Shown here piece by piece: positions 19,482 to 31,633 of a stretch of DNA of 64,000 bases. Origin of the DNA: Alloprevotella sp. (lineage in GTDB: Bacteria > Actinomycetota > Coriobacteriia > Coriobacteriales > Atopobiaceae); contig CAVJHQ010000001.1 of the NCBI GenBank assembly GCA_963649365.1, positions 35,312-99,311 on the forward strand, given 5' to 3'. How positions within the stretch are numbered: position 1 is the stretch's first letter; each line of letters opens with the position of its first letter. Made by a program: the position numbers and the translations under genes. The notes below the pieces were generated by a model. The model was given only the letters and a program-made list of their open reading frames with translations, was not told where the DNA came from and did not search any database.

Positions 19482-19874
19482 ATGACCGTTTCCCGCAACG
19501 TGGGGCGCAGCGTCGCCCTGTCCGTGCCCGCCGCCCCCGACTACGCCCGCGTCGCCCGCATGGCCGCGGCGACCCTCGCCGCGGCGGCCGACTTCGGCGT
19601 CGACGACGTCGAGGACGTCCGCATGGCCGCCGAGGAGGGCTTCGTCTACGCCTGCGCGACCGGCCAGAAGTCCGTCGACATGACCTTCTCGCAAGAGGAC
19701 GAGGGGCTTTCCATGTGCTTCTCGATCGGCGAGGACCTCGATGCCCTCGACGACGAGTCGCTCGACCTCGTGGAGGCGCTTCTCGACGCCATCTGCGAGG
19801 ACTTCGGCATCGATGAAGAGGGCGGCGCGCTCGTGCTCGAGCTCCGGGCGGGCGGTGTCCATGGCGAGCAGTAA
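19482..19874 (+). CDS. RsbW-like anti-sigma factor (degenerate HATPase_c fold)
   Basis: VPAAPDYARVARM..F.VDDVEDVRMAAEE pattern; overlaps the downstream sigma gene. Confidence 0.75.
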   Translation: MTVSRNVGRSVALSVPAAPDYARVARMAAATLAAAADFGVDDVEDVRMAAEEGFVYACATGQKSVDMTFSQEDEGLSMCFSIGEDLDALDDESLDLVEALLDAICEDFGIDEEGGALVLELRAGGVHGEQ

Positions 19875-20733
19875 CGAGCCCGAGAAGGACCGTGCCGCAG
19901 CCCCCGGGGCCGACGGCGCGGAGGCCTCGGCCAAGGCGGCGCGCCGTCGCCTGCGCCGCGTGTCCAAGGGCAAGCCCGCCTGGGACAAGGAGCGCACCCG
20001 CGAGCTCTTCCGGCGCTATAAGCAGGAGGGCGACGAGGAGGCGCGCGAGCAGCTCATCGTGAGCCACCTGAACCTCGTGCGCTACATCGCCGCCAAGTTC
20101 AAGAACCGCGGCGAGCCCCTCGACGACCTGATCCAGGTCGGCACCATCGGCCTCATCAAGGCCATCGACCGTTTCGAGCCGGACCGCGGCCTCGAGTTCA
20201 CCACCTATGCCACGCCCACCATCATGGGCGAGGTCAAGCGCCATTTCCGCGACAAGGGCTGGACCATCCGCGTCCCGCGCCGCCTCCAGGAGCTCTCGGC
20301 CAAGGTCAACCAGGCCACCGACGCGCTCACGGCCGAGCTGCAGAGAAGCCCCACCATCGACGAGATCGCGGCCAAGCTGGGCACCACGGCCGACGAGGTC
20401 CTCGAGGCCATGGAGTCGTCCTCGGCCTACAGCTCGGTCCCCCTCGAGGGGACGGGCAACGCGGAGGACGACGACGCGCCGTCCGTGATCGACCGCTACG
20501 CGAGCGTCGACGGGGACCTGGCCGCCTCCGACGACCGCATGGTCCTCGAGGAGGTCATCTCGGAGTTCCCCGAGGCGGACCAGCAGGCCATCCGCATGCG
20601 CTATATGGAGGGCATGACGCAGGTGGAGATCGCCGAGCGGCTGGGGATCTCGCAGGTGCAGGTCTCGCGGATGCTCCGGCGCGCGCTCAAGCGTATCCAG
20701 GAGAAGATCGACCCCGAGGGGCTCATGCGATGA
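19861..20733 (+). CDS. SigB/SigF/SigG-family RNA polymerase sigma factor
   Basis: DDLIQVGTIGLIKAIDRF, FTTYATPTIMGEVKRHFRD, VPRRLQE, TQVEIAERLGISQVQVSR. Confidence 0.93.
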   Translation: MASSNEPEKDRAAAPGADGAEASAKAARRRLRRVSKGKPAWDKERTRELFRRYKQEGDEEAREQLIVSHLNLVRYIAAKFKNRGEPLDDLIQVGTIGLIKAIDRFEPDRGLEFTTYATPTIMGEVKRHFRDKGWTIRVPRRLQELSAKVNQATDALTAELQRSPTIDEIAAKLGTTADEVLEAMESSSAYSSVPLEGTGNAEDDDAPSVIDRYASVDGDLAASDDRMVLEEVISEFPEADQQAIRMRYMEGMTQVEIAERLGISQVQVSRMLRRALKRIQEKIDPEGLMR

Positions 20734-22061
20734 AGACGGGCCCTGGGGAAGAGGCGGCCTCCGAGAAGCGCGGCGCGCTCGTGCTGCGCTGGCGCCCGCG
20801 CATGCTCGCGGTGTGGACCGTCGTGGGCGTCTTCGTCGCGGCGTGGCTCACCATCGGCGCGCTCGGCTTCGTGCAGCAGGCGCTCGAGCTCATTCTCGTG
20901 GGCGGCGTCGTCGGTTTTATCTGCAGCCCGCTGACCAACCGTCTGGAGGACCGCCGCGTCCCGCGCGGCGCGGCGGCATTCGTCTCGCTCCTGGTCTTCC
21001 TCGTCGCGGTCGCCGTGCTCCTCTCGGTCATCGGCGGCCCGCTCATGCAGGAGCTCATGGTGCTCCTGCGCAACACCCCCGCCTACATCGAGCAGGCGCA
21101 GGACGCGCTGACCCGGTTCTGGAAGACCTACGGCGAGTCCGCCGACCCGCACGTGCAGGTCACGGTCAACTCGGCGGTCGCGGCCGCCTCTGCCATGGGC
21201 AGCTCCATGGCGAGCGACCTCGCGCGTCAGATCTCGAGCGGGCTCGTCGCGAACCTCGCGGGCATGGTCGAGGACCTGACCACGGTCTTCCTCGGGCTCG
21301 TGCTCGCGTACTGGGTGGCCAAGGACTACCCGCTCATGGCGCGCGAGCTCGCGGCCATCGTGGGGCCCGCCCACAGCCGCGACGTCACGCTGCTGCTCGC
21401 CGTGCTCTCGCGCTCGACGGGCGGCTACATGTACGGCACGCTCATCACCTCCATCGCCAACGGCGTCATGCTCGCGGCCGGTCTCGCCGTGGCGGGCCAC
21501 CCTTACGCGGCGCTTCTCGGCGCCCTCACCTTCGTCGCTCATTTCGTGCCGGTCATCGGGCCCGCGCTCTCGTGCATCGTCTCGGTCCTGCTGGCCCTCT
21601 TCGTGGGGCCGGGGGTCGCCGTGGCCACGCTCGTCATCGCCGTCGTCGCGCAGAACGTGGCCGACAACGTGCTCTCGCCCCTCGTCATGCAGCGCGCCGT
21701 GCAGATCCACCCCGCGCTCAGCCTCGTCGGCATCGTCGTCGGCGGCTGCTTGGGCGGGGCTGTGGGCATGGTGCTCGCCGTGCCCCTCACGGCGGCGCTG
21801 CGCGGCACCTTCGTGTATTTCTTCGAGACGAGGACCGGCCGGCAGATCGTCTCCGAGGGCGGGGCGCTCTTCCGCGGAACCGCCTATACGGACGCCCAGG
21901 GCAACCCCCTCCCGGAGCTCGACGCGCTGGACGACGAGGGATTCTTCGAGGGCTCGCGCCTGCGCGGCGCCCTGACCGACGAGGACCGCGAGGCCATCGA
22001 GGGCCGCGCGCAGGGGGCCGCCCGCGACGACGCGGCGGGCGGGGAGCCGCAGGGCCGCTAG
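20730..22061 (+). CDS. AI-2E/PerM family transporter
   Basis: Multiple TM segments, FVPVIGP, N.LSP.VM...V.IHP, G.VGMVLAVP; ATGA overlap with sigma stop. Confidence 0.85.
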   Translation: MKTGPGEEAASEKRGALVLRWRPRMLAVWTVVGVFVAAWLTIGALGFVQQALELILVGGVVGFICSPLTNRLEDRRVPRGAAAFVSLLVFLVAVAVLLSVIGGPLMQELMVLLRNTPAYIEQAQDALTRFWKTYGESADPHVQVTVNSAVAAASAMGSSMASDLARQISSGLVANLAGMVEDLTTVFLGLVLAYWVAKDYPLMARELAAIVGPAHSRDVTLLLAVLSRSTGGYMYGTLITSIANGVMLAAGLAVAGHPYAALLGALTFVAHFVPVIGPALSCIVSVLLALFVGPGVAVATLVIAVVAQNVADNVLSPLVMQRAVQIHPALSLVGIVVGGCLGGAVGMVLAVPLTAALRGTFVYFFETRTGRQIVSEGGALFRGTAYTDAQGNPLPELDALDDEGFFEGSRLRGALTDEDREAIEGRAQGAARDDAAGGEPQGR

Positions 22062-22221
22062 CTGCCCCGGAACGGGGGCGCCGCCCCGCGCAGGCCTCGG
22101 CTCGCCCCGCGGTCGCCCTAACCCCCTCCCCATACCATGTGTGGTTTTTACGCGACGCTACCTGCGCGGTATACTGATTCGCTGTATGTGAACACGCACC
22201 ACCCGAGCGCAGGGGAGACAC

Positions 22222-24884
<2,663 letters not shown>

Positions 24885-24885
<1 letters not shown>

Positions 24886-25307
24886 TGCGCGCGCTCGCGC
24901 TCGACATCGGCGAGGTCCGCGTCGGCGTCGCCGTGAGCGACCCGGCCGGCCGCGTGGCCTCCCCGGTCTGCGTGCTGCCCGCCGCCGAGGTCCTCGCCGG
25001 CGCCCGCACGTTCCGGCGCGTCCTGGACGACTGGGAGCCCGAGGTCCTCGTCTGCGGGCGTCCGATGACGCTCGCGGGGGAGGAGGGGCCCCAGGCCGAG
25101 CGCGTGACGGCGCAGGCGCGCCGGATCGCCGAGTCGTGCGGCCTCCCGCTCGAGTTCGCCGACGAGCGCCTGAGCTCGGCCGAGGCCAAGCGCATCCTCC
25201 GTGAGCAGGGTCTCTCCGAGCGCTCCATGCGCGGCAAGGTCGACATGGTCGCCGCGTCGCTTTTCCTGCAATCCTGGCTCGACTCCAAGCTCGACGCCAC
25301 CGACTAG
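24885..25307 (+). CDS. ruvX: YqgF/RuvX pre-16S rRNA nuclease / resolvase
   Basis: ALDIGEVRVGVAVSD, DERLSS, VDMVAASLFLQ; GTG overlaps the alaS stop. Confidence 0.92.
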
Positions 25308-25317
25308 AAGGCTTTCC

Positions 25318-26643
25318 ATGACCACACCCGCCAACCCTCAACGTCCGCGCCGCGCCGCGCACTTCTCGACGCCCGCGCAGGGCCAGGAGTCCCCGAGGCC
25401 TTCTTCCGGCGTCTCCGCCCGCCGGGTCTCCGGCGCGCAGGCCGCCCCCCGCGCCGCCGCGACCCCGCGCGCTGCGCGTCCCGCGTCCTCCGGCGGCGCC
25501 CTCACCACCAACCGCATGTCCGCCGCGGCCACGCGCGCCACCCGTCGCGCCGGCAGCCACAACGTCCGCCGCGAGCAGACCAAGCGGCGCGGAGGCGCCG
25601 GGCTCGTGGTAGGCGGCCTTCTCGCGGTCGTCATCGTCGCCCTTGCCGTCGTGTTCGTCGTGATCCCCTCGCTCAACCAGGGCGGCTCCGATACCCAGCA
25701 GATCGAGACCGGCCAGGTGGTCACGGTGACCGTCGCCGACGGCGCGGGGGCGAAGGACGTGGCGCAGGCCCTCTTCGACGCCAAGGCCATCGCGAACAAG
25801 AGCGAGTTCCTCACGCAGGTCTCGCGCATGAACGCGGAGTCCTCGATCAAGAGCGGCACGTACTCCATCACGGTCGGCGGCGACCTGAGCTCGCTCATCG
25901 AGCTTCTTACCGAGGGTCCCAACGCCGGCGGCATCTCGCTCACCATCCCCGAGGGCTATACGCTGGCCCGTATCGCCCAGGCGGTGCAGGAGACCCTGGG
26001 CATCTCGTCCGACGAGTTCCTGGCCCAGGCGAAGGCCTCCAACTATGTGGCCGACTACCCGTTCCTCCAGGGTGCCGGCAACGACTCGCTCGAGGGGTTC
26101 CTCTTCCCGAAGACCTACTCCTTCGGCGAGGGCGCGACCGCCGACGGCGTGATCAAGACCATGCTCGCCCAGTTCCAGACCGAGCTCGCCTCCGTTGACC
26201 TGAGCTACGCCGAGGGCCGCGGCCTCTCGGTCGCCCAGATCGTCAACCTCGCCTCGATCGTCGAGAAGGAGTCGACCCCGAGCACCCAGGCGGCCGTCGC
26301 CGCCGTGTTCTGGAACCGCCTGGAGAACATGGGCGACCCGAACTACGGCCTGCTGCAGTCCGACGCGACCACCGCCTACTCGGTCGGCCACGACCCGACC
26401 GCGGCCGAGGTCCACGACGAGTCCGACCCCTACAGCACCTACGTGAACAAGGGCCTGCCCCCGACGCCGATCTGCTGCCCCGGCATCGATGCCATCAAGG
26501 CCGTCTGCGCCCCGGATTCGGAGTACCTGGACAACGGCTATTACTATTTCTACTTCTACAACGACGCCGACGGGAACGTCCAGTACGTCTTCAGCCAGAC
26601 CTACGAGGAGCACCAGCAGGCGATCGCCAATGCGCAGGGCTAA
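25318..26643 (+). CDS. mltG: Endolytic transglycosylase MltG
   Basis: TM helix, TIPEG, LEGFLFPKTY, ASIVEKE, LQSDAT, GLPPTPI. Confidence 0.92.
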   Translation: MTTPANPQRPRRAAHFSTPAQGQESPRPSSGVSARRVSGAQAAPRAAATPRAARPASSGGALTTNRMSAAATRATRRAGSHNVRREQTKRRGGAGLVVGGLLAVVIVALAVVFVVIPSLNQGGSDTQQIETGQVVTVTVADGAGAKDVAQALFDAKAIANKSEFLTQVSRMNAESSIKSGTYSITVGGDLSSLIELLTEGPNAGGISLTIPEGYTLARIAQAVQETLGISSDEFLAQAKASNYVADYPFLQGAGNDSLEGFLFPKTYSFGEGATADGVIKTMLAQFQTELASVDLSYAEGRGLSVAQIVNLASIVEKESTPSTQAAVAAVFWNRLENMGDPNYGLLQSDATTAYSVGHDPTAAEVHDESDPYSTYVNKGLPPTPICCPGIDAIKAVCAPDSEYLDNGYYYFYFYNDADGNVQYVFSQTYEEHQQAIANAQG

Positions 26644-27154
26644 GGGAGAAGGGCGGCTCTCGGCCGTCGCGACCCGCTACGTCGCCGCCGTCGAGCTCAT
26701 CGACGTCGACTCGCTCGCGGCCGCGGACGTGCGCCTCGTGCTTCTCGACCGCGACAACACCTGCGTGCCCCGCGACACGAAGCGCCCGCCCGCCGCGGTC
26801 CTCGCCTGGCTCGAGGACGTTCGCGCCGCGGGCATAAAGACCTACGTCGTCTCGAACAACTTCCACACCGACCAGGTGAGGGCGTCGGCGGCCGAGCTCG
26901 GCTGCGACTTCGTCGACCACGCCATGAAGCCCGCCCCCTTCGCGCTCGAGCGCGCGATGCGGGCGGCGGGGGAGGGCCCCGAGCATACCGTGATGGTGGG
27001 GGACCAGGTCTTCACCGACGTCGTGGCGGGCAACCTCGCGGGGGTCCGCACGATCCTGGTGCGCCCGCAGTGCCGACGCGACCTCTGGTACACCTACGTT
27101 TTCCGCGTGTTCGAGCGCCTGGCCCTTCTTGGCAAGAAGTTCGAGGGGGAGTAG
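26630..27154 (+). CDS. yqeG: YqeG-family HAD-IIIA phosphatase
   Basis: LDRDNT, VVSNN, AMKP, VGDQVFTDV; start uncertain. Confidence 0.82.
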   Translation: MRRAKGEGRLSAVATRYVAAVELIDVDSLAAADVRLVLLDRDNTCVPRDTKRPPAAVLAWLEDVRAAGIKTYVVSNNFHTDQVRASAAELGCDFVDHAMKPAPFALERAMRAAGEGPEHTVMVGDQVFTDVVAGNLAGVRTILVRPQCRRDLWYTYVFRVFERLALLGKKFEGE

Positions 27155-27360
27155 GCGACCTCTCGGCCCGCTCTCGGCTGCGGCGCCCCCGTGTCAGGCC
27201 CCCTGCGGCGCTGCGGCGCCCCCGTCCCCGGCTCCGGCCGACGAGCCTGCTTCGCCCGGCCGCCCCGCCCCTGGCCGCCCGGCCCCATGCCGAAACCCGT
27301 CGGCAACGCCGGCCGTGTAGAATCGATACTTGATAAACGATTCACAGGGAGTTCCACGCT

Positions 27361-27906
27361 TTGTCAAAGCACGGGGGATACATAGTCCACGAGGGGTGCG
27401 ACCACATCTTCTTCGTGGGGTTTCTGGGGGCGGGCAAGTCGACGCTCGCGCGCAACCTCGGGTCGCTCTTCCACCGCCCGAGCGTCGACACGGACCGCAT
27501 CGCCGAGCGCCTGTTGGGCAAGCCCATCGCGCGCGTTTTCACCGAGGACGGCGAGGCGGCGTTCCGTGAGGCCGAGACCCGCGGCCTCGTCACGTTGATG
27601 GCGAGAAAATCGCTGCTGGTGAGCTGCGGGGGCGGCATCGTCGAGACCGCCCGCAACGTCGAGCTCATGCACCAGATGGGGACCGTCGTCTACCTCGACG
27701 GCGACCTTTCCGACTCCCTCAGGCAGATCAAGAACACGATGCGCCGCCCCGATCTCGGCGACGCGCGGCAGGCCGAGCGCCTGTACTGGCACCGTCGCCC
27801 GCTCTACGAGCAGGCCGCCGACATCCGGATCGACATTCGCAACAAGACCTTTGAGCAGGTGGCGCTCGAGAGCGGACAGCTGCTCTGGGAGAAGGGCCTA
27901 CTATGA
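27361..27906 (+). CDS. aroK: Shikimate kinase
   Basis: GFLGAGKST P-loop, DTD, GEAAFREAE, GGG, R.PLY. Confidence 0.88.
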   Translation: MSKHGGYIVHEGCDHIFFVGFLGAGKSTLARNLGSLFHRPSVDTDRIAERLLGKPIARVFTEDGEAAFREAETRGLVTLMARKSLLVSCGGGIVETARNVELMHQMGTVVYLDGDLSDSLRQIKNTMRRPDLGDARQAERLYWHRRPLYEQAADIRIDIRNKTFEQVALESGQLLWEKGLL

Positions 27907-29141
27907 CCGAAGAGAAGAACCAGGCCGCGGCCGCCGCTGCCGAGGGCACGGCGCCGGACGTCGCGGCGGAGCCGGCCGCTGCTGCAGAGCCGGCCGCTGC
28001 TGCGGAGCCGGCCGCCGAGCAGGCTCCCGCCGCCGAGGACGTCGCCCCCGAGCCGCCCAAGCGCCGCCAGTGGGTTACCCTGCGCGGCTCGTCTATGGAC
28101 CTGCGCGTCGGGGCCGGCCTCGCCTCCGGGTGCGCCCGCGACCTCGCATCCGCCGTGGGACGCCCGCGCGCCTGCGCGCTCGCCGCCGAGAAGGGCGCCC
28201 CCGCCGACGTCGTCGAGGAGCTCAGGCGCGGCCTCACCGACCAGGGCTTCCTCGTGCACCCCTGTGAGCTGCCGGCGGGCGAGGAGGCGCACGGGCTGTC
28301 GGCGCTCGAGCCCTTCTACGGCCAGCTCGCCCAAGCCGGGGTCACGGCCGACGACCTCGTGGTCGCCGTCGGCGGCGAGGCTTCTCTCTCGCTCGCCGCG
28401 GCCGGCTGCGCGCACTGGTGCTCGCAGACCATGGTGGCGCTCTTCCCGACCGACCTCGCCTCCGCCGTCACCTGCGGCGTCACGCCCCGCGCGCTCGACG
28501 TCGCGGGGCTGCCGCGCATGGTGGCCCATGACGGCACGGCACGCTTCGAGCTCTGCGACCTCGGCGTGCTCGACGCGCACAGCGCGCCCGACGACGTGCT
28601 TCTTGCCCGGGCGCACATGGTCGCGGCCGCCATGGCGGACTCCGACAAGGCCTTCGGCAAGCTCTGGGACGCCGCCGACGACGTCGTCGCGGGCGACGAG
28701 GCCGCGCTTGCCGACGCGCTCGTGGAGTGCATTCGCAGCAAGGGCAAGGTCGCCTCGTCCTCGTCGGTCGCCATCCGCCAGTCCGTGGAGTACGGCCAGG
28801 CCCTGCTCCATGCCCTGCGCGCGGTCGTGCCCGCCGACGTTCCCGAGTCCGCGCTGCTCGCCGAGGCGCTGCGCTTCTCGGCGCGCCTCTCGGCCGCGCG
28901 CGAGGAGCTGTCCCTCGACGACATGTTCACCCAAGACGAGCTCCTTGAGCGGCTGGGCCTCGGATTCGTCGAGTGCCCCGTCGACGCCGACGCCCTGCTC
29001 GCCGCCATAAAGAAGGAGCGTTTCTCGCGCACCAACCGCTTCATGCTCGCCCTGCCGCGCGCCATCGGGCGGGTGCGCCTCGCCGCGGTCGAGCCCGACG
29101 CGCTCGCCGAGCACGTGGCGGCCTGGTGCGCGTCGCGCTGA
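27903..29141 (+). CDS. 3-dehydroquinate synthase-like protein with degenerate active site
   Basis: Follows aroK with ATGA overlap; fold remnants PAGE, DLVVAVGG, PT.L, VEYGQ; canonical motifs lost. Confidence 0.7.
   Translation: MTEEKNQAAAAAAEGTAPDVAAEPAAAAEPAAAAEPAAEQAPAAEDVAPEPPKRRQWVTLRGSSMDLRVGAGLASGCARDLASAVGRPRACALAAEKGAPADVVEELRRGLTDQGFLVHPCELPAGEEAHGLSALEPFYGQLAQAGVTADDLVVAVGGEASLSLAAAGCAHWCSQTMVALFPTDLASAVTCGVTPRALDVAGLPRMVAHDGTARFELCDLGVLDAHSAPDDVLLARAHMVAAAMADSDKAFGKLWDAADDVVAGDEAALADALVECIRSKGKVASSSSVAIRQSVEYGQALLHALRAVVPADVPESALLAEALRFSARLSAAREELSLDDMFTQDELLERLGLGFVECPVDADALLAAIKKERFSRTNRFMLALPRAIGRVRLAAVEPDALAEHVAAWCASR
27965..28019 (+). repeat. 18-bp tandem coding repeat (AEPAAA, about 3 copies)
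   Basis: gc(g/a)gagccggccgctgct repeated in the N-terminal extension of the AroB-like gene. Confidence 0.8.
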
Positions 29142-29205
29142 CGGCGCGTCTCTTCATACCCCATCGTCCTCGGCATTTCATGCCAAGAGAAAGGATCTGT
29201 GCCTT

Positions 29206-30330
29206 ATGTCCGATGCAGCTGCCTGCGCCGAGCGCGTCTCCCGTCTCCGTGCCCTCATGGAGGAGCGCGGCTACGACGCCGTGATCCTGCGCAACAACCC
29301 CGACCTGCGCTGGCTCACCGGCGCCGAGCGCGTCTTCGACGACGAGGTCGCCCACACCGCCTTCATCACCGCCGGAGGGCAGTGGCTCCACACCGACTCG
29401 CGCTACGCGAACACGTTCCGCGAGCGCCTGGGCGCCGACACCGCCTGGGCCATAGACGAGGAGATCGTCCAGCCCGCCGCCTGGGCCGCCGCCCGCGCGA
29501 AGCAGACGCGCTCGCGCGTCGTGGCCGTCGAGGACACCTGCGACCTCGCCTTCTTCGACGCCTTCGGGGAGGAGTGCCGCCGCGCCTCCATCGCCTGCCT
29601 GACCCCGCGCCTGCACGGCGATATCTGCGACCTGCGCATGGTCAAGGACGCCGAGGAGATCGAGCTCATGCGCCGGGCGCAGAAGATCACCGACGCCGCC
29701 TTCACCCACATCTGCGGCTTCATCAAGCCGGGCCTGACCGAGCAGCAGATCCGCGTCGAGCTCGAGAACTTCATGTTCAACAACGGCGCCGACGCGCTCT
29801 CGTTCGGCTCCATCATCGCCGCCGGGCCCAACGGCGCGAACCCGCACGCGCAGCCGGGCGAGTACGTGGTCAAGAAGGGCGACATGATCGTCATGGACTA
29901 CGGCGCCGGCTACCACGACTACCACTCCGACATGACCCGCACCGTCTGCGTGGGCACGCCTTCCGATGAGCAGCGCCGCGTCTACGACACCGTGCGCCTG
30001 GCCCACGAGACCTGCGCTGCCGCGGTCAAGCCCGGCTGCATCGGCGCCGATATCCACAACCTGGCCGTGAAGGTCATCGCGGACGCCGGCTACGGCGACT
30101 ACTTCAAGCACGGCCTCGGCCACGGCGTCGGCGTCGAGATCCACGAGAACCCGAACTTCGGCCGCCGCTGGGACCGCCCCGTGCCCGAGGGCTCCGTGGT
30201 CACCATCGAGCCGGGCATTTACCTGCCGGGCAACTTCGGCGTGCGGCTCGAGGACTTCGGCCTCGTGACCGCCGAGGGCTACGTCCCCTTCACGGAGTCG
30301 ACCCACGACCTCGTCTGCATCGACTGCTAG
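29206..30330 (+). CDS. Xaa-Pro aminopeptidase (M24B family)
   Basis: DSRY, D.G..Y.SDMTRT, HGLGHGVG.EIHE, TIEPGIY, GVRLED. Confidence 0.93.
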   Translation: MSDAAACAERVSRLRALMEERGYDAVILRNNPDLRWLTGAERVFDDEVAHTAFITAGGQWLHTDSRYANTFRERLGADTAWAIDEEIVQPAAWAAARAKQTRSRVVAVEDTCDLAFFDAFGEECRRASIACLTPRLHGDICDLRMVKDAEEIELMRRAQKITDAAFTHICGFIKPGLTEQQIRVELENFMFNNGADALSFGSIIAAGPNGANPHAQPGEYVVKKGDMIVMDYGAGYHDYHSDMTRTVCVGTPSDEQRRVYDTVRLAHETCAAAVKPGCIGADIHNLAVKVIADAGYGDYFKHGLGHGVGVEIHENPNFGRRWDRPVPEGSVVTIEPGIYLPGNFGVRLEDFGLVTAEGYVPFTESTHDLVCIDC

Positions 30331-30378
30331 GCCTTGCCGCCCGCATAGGGTCCACAACCGGATACAGCTGGAAAACAT

Positions 30379-30416
30379 CGCCCGCCGAACGGCCCGTCGC
30401 CTCGGCGGGCGTTTTC
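30379..30416 (+). terminator. Intrinsic terminator after the peptidase gene
   Basis: cgcccgccga/tcggcgggcg stem followed by tttt. Confidence 0.6.
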
Positions 30417-30616
30417 GTATGGAGAAGTTTGCTCGGGACTTGCCTGATGAGCGGACCGAATTTGGACGAATTTGAAATTCTTTGCGCGTTTCTCTCTTCG
30501 GGAAGCTATAGTTATGGACGATGTATGGAGCGAAGGCGTAGGAAACGTGGAGTGCGACCTGCCCCCGCTCGCTCATCGGTACGTGGGAGTCCGCAAAAAG
30601 GAAAGGGAGGTATGCG

Positions 30617-31612
30617 GTGGTTAGCATTGTCCTAGCCAGTCACGGGACGTTCTCCGAGGGCATCAAGATGTCCGGCCAGATGATCTTCGGCCCTCAGCCC
30701 GACGTCGAAGCCGTGACGCTCATGCCCGAGATGGGGCCTGACGACCTCAGGGCAAAGATTCTCGAGACCGTGGAGGGTTTCGAGGAGAAGGACCAGGTCC
30801 TCTTCCTGGTCGACCTTCAGGGCGGCACGCCCTGGAACCAGATCTCGCTGCTGCTCGAGGAGCCGGGCCACGAGAACTGGGTCGCCGTCGGCGGCATGAA
30901 CCTGCCGATGGTCATCTCGGCCTACGGCGAGCGCATGGGGGTCGAGACGGCCGCCGAGGTCGCCAAGGCCATCTACCCGGAGGCCAAGGCCGGCGTGTGC
31001 GTCAAGCCGGAGTCCCTTGCCCCCGCCGACGCGGCTCCCGCCGCCGCGCCCGCGCCCGTCGCGCAGGGCGCCATCCCCGAGGGCACCGTCCTCGGCGACG
31101 GCCACATCAAGATCGCGCACGTGCGCATCGACACGCGACTTCTTCACGGCCAGGTCGCCACGGCCCTCACCAAGTCGGTCGCTCCCGACCGCATCATCGT
31201 CGTCTCCGACGGCGTCGCGCACGACCAGCTGCGCAAGACCATGATCGAGCAGGCGGCGCCTCCGGGAGTCCCCGCCAACGTCGTCCCCATCTCGAAGATG
31301 ATCGAGGTCTTCAAGGACCCGCGCTTCGGCGCCACGAAGGCGATGCTGCTCTTCGAGAAGCCGCAGGACCTGCTCGAGGCCATCAAGGGCGGCGCGGACA
31401 TCACGTCGATCAACATCGGCTCCATGGCCCACTCCGTCGGCAAGGTCGTCGTCACCAACGCCATCGCCATGGACCAGGCCGACCTGGAGTGCGTCGAGGC
31501 CCTTCACGACGCCGGCGTGTCCATCACCGCGCAGAAGGTCCCGTCCGACAAGGCCCTGAGCTACGACGAGCTCGTCCAGCAGGCCAAGGCCGCGCTCGCC
31601 GAAGCCAAGTAA
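30617..31612 (+). CDS. manX: PTS mannose-family EIIAB component
   Basis: SHG (IIA His), DLQGGTP, Ala/Pro hinge, RIDTRLLHGQV (IIB His). Confidence 0.93.
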   Translation: MVSIVLASHGTFSEGIKMSGQMIFGPQPDVEAVTLMPEMGPDDLRAKILETVEGFEEKDQVLFLVDLQGGTPWNQISLLLEEPGHENWVAVGGMNLPMVISAYGERMGVETAAEVAKAIYPEAKAGVCVKPESLAPADAAPAAAPAPVAQGAIPEGTVLGDGHIKIAHVRIDTRLLHGQVATALTKSVAPDRIIVVSDGVAHDQLRKTMIEQAAPPGVPANVVPISKMIEVFKDPRFGATKAMLLFEKPQDLLEAIKGGADITSINIGSMAHSVGKVVVTNAIAMDQADLECVEALHDAGVSITAQKVPSDKALSYDELVQQAKAALAEAK

Positions 31613-31633
31613 CGTACGTAAGGAGGATGGGTC

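Noticed and set aside
22062..22221. Possible T-box leader before alaS
   Set aside because: No T-box consensus; a tatact -10 near 22170 leaves too short a leader
27177..27225. 16-bp direct repeat gctgcggcgcccccgt in the yqeG-aroK gap
   Set aside because: Only two copies in extremely GC-rich, low-complexity sequence; not CRISPR-like
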